Shown here: positions 56,238 through 64,000 of the stretch, one piece after another
Layout: every line of letters starts with the position of its first letter
Numbering within the stretch: the first letter of the stretch is position 1
NCBI GenBank assembly: GCA_013044075.1
Contig: JABEVG010000005.1
Span: 479 to 64,478 of the forward strand
Length of the DNA: 64,000 nt
DNA from: Gallionella sp.
GTDB taxonomy: Bacteria > Pseudomonadota > Gammaproteobacteria > Burkholderiales > Gallionellaceae
Direction of reading: 5' to 3'
Translations under genes and position numbers: made by a program
The notes under the pieces: model-generated
Databases searched by the model: none
Seen by the model: only the letters and a program-made list of their open reading frames with translations
Told to the model about the DNA's origin: nothing

Positions 56238-59200
56238 TTATAGCAACACCCGCTCGATACCGCCGTTATTGGCCTTGGCGACATAGTCCGCCATCCAGTT
56301 CGCGCCCAGCAGATGCTTGGCCATCTCCACCACGATGTAATCGGTGGTGGTACCCGCATCGTCGTTGTAACGACTCAAGCCTTGCTGACAGGCCGGACAG
56401 GAAGTCAGTATCTTGATGTCACCAGCGAATCCATCCGCGCGCAAGGCATCCGCCCCGGCCTTCATCTCATGCTCCTTGCGGAAACGCACCTGCGTGGCAA
56501 TCTCGGGCGTCGCCACACCAAAGGTGCCGGACTCGCCGCAGCAACGTTCGTTGAGCGGTACATCCGTACCCATCAAGGTCTTCACTACATCCAGCGATTT
56601 GTAGGTCTTCATCGGCGTATGGCATGGCTCGTGGTACATGTAACGGACTCCATCCACACCCGCCAACTTCACGTTTTTCTCAAGCAAATATTCGTGGATG
56701 TCGAGCAAACGACAGCCGGGGAATATCTTTTCAAACTGATATTTTTGCAGCTGGTCCATACAGGTGCCGCAGGACACGATGACGGTCTTGATATCCAGAT
56801 AGTTCAACGTGTTGGCGACACGATGGAACAGCACACGGTTATCGGTGGTGATCTGGCTGGCCTTGTCTTTGAGGCCGCTCGCGTTCTGCGGATAACCGCA
56901 GCACAAATAGCCGGGCGGTAGCACCGTGGTCGCACCGGTCTCATACAACATCGCCTGGGTGGCCAGACCGACCTGCCCGAACAAGCGCTCCGAACCGCAG
57001 CCGGGGAAGTAGAACACCGCCTCGGAATCCTCGCTGCTGACGCGCGGGTTGCGGATGATAGGGACGATATCGTTGTCCTCGATGTCGAGCAAGGCGCGCG
57101 AAGTCTTCTTGGGCAGATTGCCCGGCATGGGCTTGTTGATGAAGTGGATCACCTGCGCCTTGAGCGGCGCGCGTCCCACCGTGGCGGGCGGATGCTTGAG
57201 CTGCGCGTCCAACAGACCAAGGTGCTTGGCGACTTTATGCACCGCGCGTTGCAACTTGTAGCTCCACTCTATGGCCACCTTGCGCATCAATTTGATGGTC
57301 ATCGGATCACTGGCGTTGAGAAAGGCCATGGAGATGGTGCTGACCGGGTTGAATTTTTTCTTGCCCTGTTTGCGCAGAAAGTCGCGCATCGCCATCGACA
57401 CTTCACCGAAGTCGATATTCACCGGGCACGGGTTGAGGCACTTGTGACACACCGTGCAATGGTCGGCGACATCATTGAACTCATCGAAGTGCTGTATCGA
57501 AATGCCGCGCCGTGTTTGCTCTTCATACAGGAACGCTTCGATGAGTAGCGACGTGCCCAAAATTTTATTGCGCGGTGAATATAAAAGATTGGCGCGCGGC
57601 ACATGGGTGGCGCACACCGGCTTGCATTTGCCGCAACGCAGGCAGTCCTTGATCGAATCGGAGATGTTGCCCAGCTCGCTCTTTTCCAGAATAAGACTCT
57701 CCAACTCCATCAAATTAAAGCTGGGGGTATAGGCGCGTTCCAAGTTGCCGCCGCTGAGCAGCTTGCCCTTGTTGAAACGGCCTTCGGGATCGACCTTGAG
57801 CTTGTAGTCGGTGAACGCGGCGATCTCGTGTGGCTCGAGGAAGTCGAACTTGGTGATGCCGATGCCGTGCTCGCCGGAGATCACCCCGCCCAGGTCTTTG
57901 GCCAACTGCATGATGCGATCCACCGCACCGTTGGCCTGTTGCAGCATGGCGTAGTCGTCGGAGTTCACCGGGATATTGGTGTGCACATTGCCGTCGCCCG
58001 CATGCATGTGCAGCGCGACAAAAACCCGGCTCTTCAACACACGCTGATGGATGACGTTACACGCGTCGAGGATGGGCTGATAAGTGCTGCCGTTGAATAT
58101 CTGACGCAGCGGTTCGCGCAGTTCGCGCTTCCAGGAGGCGCGGATGGAATGTTCTTGCAAGGCTTGGAAAACAGAGGCGGTGCGGGTCGCCGGTAGCGGG
58201 TCGCCGGTAGCACTGCTTGGACTACCGGCTACGGGCAACACGCTACTGGCCGTATCAAGATTCCCTCGCAGCCATTCCCAACGCTCGCGCACTTGCGCCA
58301 GCAACTTCCGCGCTTCCTGCTGGCGCGTACCGAGCAGCTCGGCATCGCCCAACTGTTTGTCGTCCTGGTAATACAGCGGCAGCTCGCCGGCGAAGAACTC
58401 ATCCAACGCGTCCAGAAACTTGAGTTTGTTGTGCAGCGACAACTCGATGTTGATGCGCTCCACGCCGTCGCAATAATCGCCCATGCGCGGCAGCGGAATG
58501 ACCACATCCTCGTTGATCTTGAAGGCGTTGGTATGCTTGGCGATGGCGGCGGTACGCGCGCGGTCCAGCCAGAACTTCTTGCGCGCTTCCGCCGACACCG
58601 CGATGAAACCTTCACCGCTGCGCAAGTTTGCCAGGCGCACGATCTCCGATGCTGCTGCGGCGGCGGCATCCGCATCATCGCTCACCACGTCGGCGACCAA
58701 CACCATCTTGGGACGCGTGCCACGCTTGGACTTGGTGGCATAGCCGACCGCCTTCAAATAGCGTTCGTCCAAATGTTCCAGACCCGCCAACAACGCGCGC
58801 GGTTTCGTTCCGAGACTTGTGTCTTCCGACTTGCGGCTGAAGTAGTTGGTGATCTCCACAATCGCCGGCACCGCCTCATGCACTTGGCCGAAAAACTCCA
58901 GACACACCGTGCGGGTATGCGCGTGTTCGCGATGCAGAATGAAGCGCGCCGAGGTGATGATGCCGTCGCAACCTTCCTTCTGGATGCCGGGCAGACCGGA
59001 CAAAAATTTGTCAGTCACATCCTTGCCCAACCCCGCTTTGCGGAAGGCACTGCCGGGGATAGTCAACAGCTCTGCATCACCGTTCTGCGTCTTGCCATCC
59101 AGCGCGTAACGCGTGATGCGGAAGGTCGCGGCGGGCGCATCGTGGATCTTGCCCAGATTGTGATCCAGCCGTTCGACTTCCATCCACAAGCCATCGGGCG

Positions 59201-60104
59201 TGACCATGCGCCACGACGCGAGATTGTCCAGCGCGGTCCCCCACAACACGGCTTTCTTGCCGCCCGCGTTCATCGCCACATTGCCACCTATGCACGATGC
59301 ATCGGCGGAAGTCGGATCGACCGCGAACACCAGATTGTTTTTTTCCGCCGCTTCCATCACGCGGCGTGTCACCACACCCGCACCGCAATGGATGGTGGCA
59401 TATGGCTCGCTCAGCCCCGGCAGAACCCGATGCTCGACCGGCGAGATGGCTTCCAGTTTTTCGGTATTGATGACTGCCGAGAATTTATCCAGGGGCACAG
59501 CTCCACCGGTGTAACCCGTGCCGCCGCCGCGCGGGATGATGGTGAGTTTCAGTTCGATACAAGCCCGTACCAGCGCGGCAATCTCAGCTTCGCTATCGGG
59601 ATTCAACACCACGAACGGATATTCCACACGCCAGTCGGTCGCGTCGGTGACGTGCGAGACGCGCGCCAAACCATCGAACTGGATGTTGTCGGTGCGTGTA
59701 AGGCGGCTTAGCACTTTTAGCGTGCGCTTGCGCAACGTGATAGTTTGCTCGAACTCGGATTCAAATTGATCAACGGCGGTGTGCGTCAGTGCCAGCAGAC
59801 GCGCCACCGCTTCATTCGCCTGGCGACGCGCTTCTATGGCACTCAGCCGATGACGCAGCGCGCCGATCAGAGCGTTGCGACGCTTGCGATTACCCAGCAG
59901 GTCATCCTGCAAATACGGGTTGCGCGACACCACCCAGATATCACCCAACACCTCATACAGCATCTGCGCCGAACGCCCGGTGCGGCGTTCTTCACGCAGC
60001 GTGTTGATGATCTGCCAAGCCTCCTCACCCAGGATGCGCAGGACGATCTCACGATCGGAGAACGAGGTGTAGTTGTAGGGGATTTCGCGCAAACGTGCCG
60101 TCAT
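56238..60104 (-). CDS. Large fused FAD-linked oxidase / 4Fe-4S / CCG-domain dehydrogenase (GlcD-GlcF or YdiJ-like with an extra N-terminal domain)
   Basis: 1288 aa from the ATG at 60104 ([21 protein letters not shown]...). FAD-binding PCMH region ([16 protein letters not shown]), two ferredoxin-type cluster motifs ([14 protein letters not shown] and [15 protein letters not shown]), and two CCG repeats (CCGYPQ and CCGESG). Confidence 0.85.
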   Translation of the reverse strand: MTARLREIPYNYTSFSDREIVLRILGEEAWQIINTLREERRTGRSAQMLYEVLGDIWVVSRNPYLQDDLLGNRKRRNALIGALRHRLSAIEARRQANEAVARLLALTHTAVDQFESEFEQTITLRKRTLKVLSRLTRTDNIQFDGLARVSHVTDATDWRVEYPFVVLNPDSEAEIAALVRACIELKLTIIPRGGGTGYTGGAVPLDKFSAVINTEKLEAISPVEHRVLPGLSEPYATIHCGAGVVTRRVMEAAEKNNLVFAVDPTSADASCIGGNVAMNAGGKKAVLWGTALDNLASWRMVTPDGLWMEVERLDHNLGKIHDAPAATFRITRYALDGKTQNGDAELLTIPGSAFRKAGLGKDVTDKFLSGLPGIQKEGCDGIITSARFILHREHAHTRTVCLEFFGQVHEAVPAIVEITNYFSRKSEDTSLGTKPRALLAGLEHLDERYLKAVGYATKSKRGTRPKMVLVADVVSDDADAAAAAASEIVRLANLRSGEGFIAVSAEARKKFWLDRARTAAIAKHTNAFKINEDVVIPLPRMGDYCDGVERINIELSLHNKLKFLDALDEFFAGELPLYYQDDKQLGDAELLGTRQQEARKLLAQVRERWEWLRGNLDTASSVLPVAGSPSSATGDPLPATRTASVFQALQEHSIRASWKRELREPLRQIFNGSTYQPILDACNVIHQRVLKSRVFVALHMHAGDGNVHTNIPVNSDDYAMLQQANGAVDRIMQLAKDLGGVISGEHGIGITKFDFLEPHEIAAFTDYKLKVDPEGRFNKGKLLSGGNLERAYTPSFNLMELESLILEKSELGNISDSIKDCLRCGKCKPVCATHVPRANLLYSPRNKILGTSLLIEAFLYEEQTRRGISIQHFDEFNDVADHCTVCHKCLNPCPVNIDFGEVSMAMRDFLRKQGKKKFNPVSTISMAFLNASDPMTIKLMRKVAIEWSYKLQRAVHKVAKHLGLLDAQLKHPPATVGRAPLKAQVIHFINKPMPGNLPKKTSRALLDIEDNDIVPIIRNPRVSSEDSEAVFYFPGCGSERLFGQVGLATQAMLYETGATTVLPPGYLCCGYPQNASGLKDKASQITTDNRVLFHRVANTLNYLDIKTVIVSCGTCMDQLQKYQFEKIFPGCRLLDIHEYLLEKNVKLAGVDGVRYMYHEPCHTPMKTYKSLDVVKTLMGTDVPLNERCCGESGTFGVATPEIATQVRFRKEHEMKAGADALRADGFAGDIKILTSCPACQQGLSRYNDDAGTTTDYIVVEMAKHLLGANWMADYVAKANNGGIERVLL

Positions 60105-60297
60105 GTTGAATCCGGTCTGTGCTGGGTTTAGCAAGGGCGGCATTCTACCGCATCATGCGCGCATCCTCGACCCCGTCGTAAGCAAGGTCAGTGGCTCAGG
60201 ACGCGCAATTTTTTCACCCCTGATACCGCGCACAACAGCGGATGAATCTTCGCGGCGGACTGTTAAAATACGTCCACACTCTCAAAGGACCGGTAAC

Positions 60298-60687
60298 ATG
60301 GCACAAGCGGCATCCCACTATCAACGCATCGGCGGCGCGCAACCAGTCCGCGCGCTGGTGCAGCGTTTCTATCACCTCATGAATGAGCTGCCGGAGTCTT
60401 ACGGCATACGTAAAATGCACGCGGAAAATCTGCAAAGTGCGGAAGACAAGCTGTTCAAATTCTTATCGGGCTGGATGGGTGGCCCGCAATTATTCGTCGA
60501 AGAATATGGCCATCCGATGTTACGCGCCCGCCACCTGCCTTTCACCATCGGCGATTCCGAGCGCGACCAATGGTTGCTATGCATGAACCGTGCGCTGGAT
60601 GAAGTCGTCGCAGATATTCAGCTACGCCGCGAACTCTCGGCCGCCTTCGCCAAAGTCGCGGATCACATGCGGAATCGCGCTACATAA
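60298..60687 (+). CDS. glbO: Group II truncated haemoglobin
   Basis: 129 aa from the ATG at 60298. YQRIGG...VRALVQRFYHLM...KFLSGWMGGPQLF...GHPMLRARHLPFTIG...RDQWL. Confidence 0.85.
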   Translation: MAQAASHYQRIGGAQPVRALVQRFYHLMNELPESYGIRKMHAENLQSAEDKLFKFLSGWMGGPQLFVEEYGHPMLRARHLPFTIGDSERDQWLLCMNRALDEVVADIQLRRELSAAFAKVADHMRNRAT

Positions 60688-60696
60688 GCAGCAGTT

Positions 60697-61425
60697 TTAT
60701 TCCACCAACAAACGATTGATGACCGCGCCCGCCAGCATGAAACCGAACAGGGGTGGCATGTAGCTGATCGTGCCGTTCACCGAGCGCGGACGACCCCGAT
60801 CGACGGGTTGTGGCGGCAGCGTAGCCCGGGGGGACTCATCGGTGTACACCGTCAGCACGCCTTGTTTGATGCCCAGTTCGCGCAAGTGCTTGCGCATCTC
60901 GCGCGCCAGAGGACAGACGCTGGTCTCGCTGATGTCGGACACGCGGATACGGGTCGGGTCAAGCTTGTTGCCCGCACCCATACTTGATGCGACGTTCATT
61001 CCTATCGATATGCTATGTCCGACCAGCGCGACTTTGCATGACATCGAATCGATGCAGTCAATGACGTAATCACAATCAGTCGGCACCAGCTCATGGACAT
61101 TTTCGCGCCCCAAAAAAGTCCGTATCAACGTAACCTCGCAATCCGGATTGATGTCGGCGATGCGCGCGCGCATCAACTCCGCTTTGGCTTGCCCGACGGT
61201 GGAAAGTAGCGCGGGCAATTGGCGATTGATATTGCTGGTCGCCACCACGTCGTGATCCATCAGCGTCAAGCGACCGATACCCGCACGCGCCAAGGCTTCG
61301 GTGCAATATGAACCCACTCCCCCCAGGCCCGCGACGAACACATGCTTGCCGCGCAGCCGCTCGATGCCGTCATCGCCGAGCAAGATTTTCGTGCGTTCAA
61401 ACTGCGGGAGAAGTGTCGTCTTCAT
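60697..61425 (-). CDS. tcdA: tRNA threonylcarbamoyladenosine dehydratase (ThiF/MoeB-fold)
   Basis: VFVAGLGGVGSYCTEALARAGIGRLTLMDHDVVATSNINRQ. Confidence 0.85.
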   Translation of the reverse strand: MKTTLLPQFERTKILLGDDGIERLRGKHVFVAGLGGVGSYCTEALARAGIGRLTLMDHDVVATSNINRQLPALLSTVGQAKAELMRARIADINPDCEVTLIRTFLGRENVHELVPTDCDYVIDCIDSMSCKVALVGHSISIGMNVASSMGAGNKLDPTRIRVSDISETSVCPLAREMRKHLRELGIKQGVLTVYTDESPRATLPPQPVDRGRPRSVNGTISYMPPLFGFMLAGAVINRLLVE

Positions 61426-61498
61426 GGTGTGATTTTTTATTTTTTCGAGGCGCGATTATACGGCGTGAAAATATTTTCCAAGTGATGCACTTACAAAT

Positions 61499-61568
61499 CC
61501 GTTCGTGGTGAGCTTGTCGAACCAGCAGCAGCGTAACTCAAACCCTTCGACAAGCTCAGGGCGAACGG
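61499..61568. repeat. Palindromic intergenic repeat (REP/MITE-like), best copy of the family
   Basis: CCGTTCGtggTGAGCTTGTCGAA (61499-61521) and TTCGACAAGCTCAgggCGAACGG (61546-61568). This gives 7+13 bp arms with a 3-nt internal mismatch and a 24-nt loop. Lies between tcdA and tatD. Confidence 0.8.
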
Positions 61569-61576
61569 TGGAGTAT

Positions 61577-62353
61577 CTAGCCTCCCGCCAACTTAGGCAA
61601 AACGTTCAACGCATTATGCGTTGTTGCCTCGGCGACTTCTGCTAATGTCACGCCGCGCAACCCTGCCAGGGTCTGCGCGATGCGCGGCAGATACTTCGGT
61701 TCGTTGGGCATACCGCGCCGCAAAAAATCCGGCGGAATATCCGGCGCATCGGTTTCCAGCACGATACTTTCCAGCGGCAAGGCCGCCGCCAATTCGCGTA
61801 TGCGCAAGGCGCGCGGATAAGTCATCGCACCGCCGAATCCCAATTTGAAACCGAGCTTGATGAACTCATCTGCCTGCTGGCGACTGCCGTTGAACGCGTG
61901 TGCAATACCTGCTTTAACCTTGATGCGTCTGAGATTTTTCAGCACTGCGTCTTGTGCGCGACGCACATGCAGCAACACCGGCAAATCCAACTCCCGCGCC
62001 AATTTGAGTTGTTCGACGAAAAAGTATTCCTGTCGAGCCTGATCGAAACCCTCAACAAAAAAATCCAGGCCTATCTCACCTAAAGCGACAGCCCCCTGCC
62101 CCAATATATGTCCGCGCAGCTGCACCAGATCATCCGTTTTCGATTGCTCTACGTAAAGAGGGTGAATACCGTAAGCGGGAAAACAACCGGGATGTTGGCC
62201 GCACAGACTTTGCACTGCAATAAAATTACTGCGGGACACGGAAGGGACGATGAGCCTGTGGACACCCGCTGCCATTGCATTCCGACAAACCTCAGCTTGG
62301 GTTTCACCAAACTCTGCTGCATCCAGGTGACAATGCGTATCGATGAGATCCAT
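61577..62353 (-). CDS. tatD: TatD-family metal-dependent hydrolase
   Basis: MDLIDTHCHLDAAEF...LHVRRA...AHAFNGS...LVLETDAPD. Confidence 0.9.
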   Translation of the reverse strand: MDLIDTHCHLDAAEFGETQAEVCRNAMAAGVHRLIVPSVSRSNFIAVQSLCGQHPGCFPAYGIHPLYVEQSKTDDLVQLRGHILGQGAVALGEIGLDFFVEGFDQARQEYFFVEQLKLARELDLPVLLHVRRAQDAVLKNLRRIKVKAGIAHAFNGSRQQADEFIKLGFKLGFGGAMTYPRALRIRELAAALPLESIVLETDAPDIPPDFLRRGMPNEPKYLPRIAQTLAGLRGVTLAEVAEATTHNALNVLPKLAGG

Positions 62354-62377
62354 TGCGTGTTCGCGTATGCCAGCTGC

Positions 62378-63394
62378 TCAAGGAATGGAGAACAGCCCCA
62401 TCGTCACAATGATCTTGCCCATCACCCCGCCTTGCTCGATCAACCGGTGCGCTTGTGCGACCTCGACCAGGGGCAATTGCCGGGAAACCAGCACGCCGAC
62501 CTTGCCCGCCTCGACCAGCTTCGCACCTTCCTCGAGTATCTTGCGTTGGCGTATGCGCTGGTCGTGCAGCTTCATCAGTTGGGGCGTGATCATCAATTCG
62601 TAGCACAGCGTCAAATTGCGCAGGCGCGCCAACTGCACGTCTTCCGCCGACATCGGCGTGGCGACGATGCTCACGACCTTACCGCCTATTCTGGTAGCGG
62701 CAAGCGAGTGGATGAAGGTCTCGCCGCCCACCGTATCAAGTACCACATCCACGCCCTGCCTGTCGGTCCAGGCCATCACTTCTTCCACGAATTTCTGCTT
62801 CTTGTAATTGATGATTTTTTCCGCGCCCAGGGCCTGGGTCAATGCGGCTTTTTTATCGTCGCTCACGGTCACGGCGACTCGTGCGCCCAGGTGGTGGGCC
62901 AGCTGCACGGCGATATGCCCCACGCCGCCCGCGCCCCCGTGGATCAATATAGTTTGTCCGGCCTGTAGCTGCGCTTTCTCGATCAGTGCCTCCCATGCCG
63001 TGATCAACACCAAAGGCAGGGCGGCACTGTCCTGCATGCTCAGGTTGGCGGGTTTGGCGGCGCAGCAATCCTCATGCAATGTGGTGTACTCCGCATAACA
63101 GCCGGGTTCCAATCCGATTCCGCCATTGTTAAAATACACCTGGTCACCCACCTTGAAGCGGGTCACATCCGCACCGATCTCATCAACGACACCCGCACCG
63201 TCGCAGCCCAGGATCGCGGGCAACTGATCCGGATAATAAATCGGTTTTGCGCGCAGCTTGGTGTCCAGGGGATTGATGCCGGCCGCCGCCAGTTTCACCC
63301 GCAAGTGCAGCGGCGATGACACTTCCGGTATCTCCAGATCGCGCAAGTGCAGCACATCGGTTTTGCCTGCAGCGGTGGTTAGCATGGTTTGCAT
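62378..63394 (-). CDS. Zinc-type alcohol dehydrogenase-like NADPH:quinone oxidoreductase (MDR superfamily)
   Basis: 338 aa. [12 protein letters not shown], cofactor fold [18 protein letters not shown]. Confidence 0.8.
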   Translation of the reverse strand: MQTMLTTAAGKTDVLHLRDLEIPEVSSPLHLRVKLAAAGINPLDTKLRAKPIYYPDQLPAILGCDGAGVVDEIGADVTRFKVGDQVYFNNGGIGLEPGCYAEYTTLHEDCCAAKPANLSMQDSAALPLVLITAWEALIEKAQLQAGQTILIHGGAGGVGHIAVQLAHHLGARVAVTVSDDKKAALTQALGAEKIINYKKQKFVEEVMAWTDRQGVDVVLDTVGGETFIHSLAATRIGGKVVSIVATPMSAEDVQLARLRNLTLCYELMITPQLMKLHDQRIRQRKILEEGAKLVEAGKVGVLVSRQLPLVEVAQAHRLIEQGGVMGKIIVTMGLFSIP

Positions 63395-63475
63395 GTTGCA
63401 GCCCTCTCGTTAAATCAAACTGATGGCTATGTTAAACTGCACACCTCGAATTTGCACACTATTGGCGGTCTGAAT

Positions 63476-64000
63476 ATGTCTGGCAACACACTCGGCACTT
63501 TGTTTACCGTGACTTCATTTGGCGAATCGCATGGCGCGGCGATAGGCTGTGTGGTCGATGGCTGCCCACCCGGACTGTCTTTGTGCGAGGCCGATATCCA
63601 GCACGATTTGGACAGGCGAAAACCCGGCACGTCACGTCACGTTACGCAACGCCGCGAATCGGATACGGTCGAGATCCTCTCCGGCATCTTTGAAGGCAAG
63701 ACTACCGGCACACCTATCGCGCTGCTGATTCGCAACGAAGACCAGCGCAGCAAAGATTACGGCAACATCGCCGCAACGTTCCGACCCGGGCATGCCGATT
63801 ACACCTACACCCAAAAATACGGTTTCCGCGATCATCGCGGCGGCGGACGCTCATCGGCGCGCGAGACCGCCGTACGTGTGGCGGCAGGAGCCATCGCCAG
63901 AAAATGGCTGCATGAGCGTTATGGCGTGGTGATACACGGCTATCTCGCGCAACTGGGTGAAGTCGTTGTGCCATTCAACAGCTGGGCGGAAGTGCATGAC
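63476..64000 (+). CDS. aroC: Chorismate synthase (N-terminal 175 codons; continues beyond the window)
   Basis: [34 protein letters not shown]...[17 protein letters not shown]...[10 protein letters not shown]...[11 protein letters not shown]. Confidence 0.95.
   Translation, partial: MSGNTLGTLFTVTSFGESHGAAIGCVVDGCPPGLSLCEADIQHDLDRRKPGTSRHVTQRRESDTVEILSGIFEGKTTGTPIALLIRNEDQRSKDYGNIAATFRPGHADYTYTQKYGFRDHRGGGRSSARETAVRVAAGAIARKWLHERYGVVIHGYLAQLGEVVVPFNSWAEVHD

Noticed and set aside
58293-59711. Long antisense ORFs opposite real genes. Examples: 58293-59711 (472 aa), 47097-48182 (361 aa), 28409-29506 (365 aa), 37322-38500 (392 aa), 16741-17826 (361 aa), 4004-4894 (296 aa), 48198-49109 (303 aa) and 421-1137 (238 aa).
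   Set aside because: Their translations are Arg/Gly/Ala/His-rich low-complexity strings with no recognisable motifs. Each lies exactly opposite a gene with a strong family signature. This is the typical shadow-ORF artefact of high-GC DNA.

Overview
High-GC chromosomal segment. Gene content and synteny (zapB-zapA-6S RNA, metK-hemA-prfA-prmC-grxD, phoBR, livJHMGF, groES-groEL) fit a betaproteobacterium; this taxonomic call is inference only. I support about 60 CDS, one clear ncRNA (6S RNA), one cobalamin riboswitch, several intrinsic terminators and promoter or operator sites, and a small family of palindromic intergenic repeats. I found no rRNA, tRNA, CRISPR array, transposase, integrase or phage genes.

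The only large accessory block is an 18-19 kb aryl-polyene/xanthomonadin-type lipid-pigment gene cluster at about 11.0-29.6 kb. It contains KS, a KS-like partner, two dehydratases, KR, ACP, aryl-AMP ligase, a XanB2-type chorismatase, a flavin halogenase, a methyltransferase, acyltransferases, GT2, a LolA-like carrier and an MMPL exporter. Its non-canonical features are a CPA2 cation:proton antiporter translationally coupled into the export operon, and a flanking lipid head-group and trafficking set (PAP2, polysaccharide deacetylase, MlaC-like).

Other items worth a second look:
- a riboswitch-gated btuB / BtuM-like / cobO B12 salvage operon with no btuCDF in the window;
- a 145-nt inverted-repeat element between hemA and prfA whose stem covers the prfA ribosome-binding site;
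- a candidate small RNA upstream of phoB;
- an operon of a 1288-aa FAD/Fe-S dehydrogenase, a HIT hydrolase and a PilZ-like protein;
- a repeat arm that now encodes part of the LivG N-terminus.

Everything else is ordinary housekeeping. All product calls rest on my reading of the translated ORFs and recognised motifs; no database search was run.
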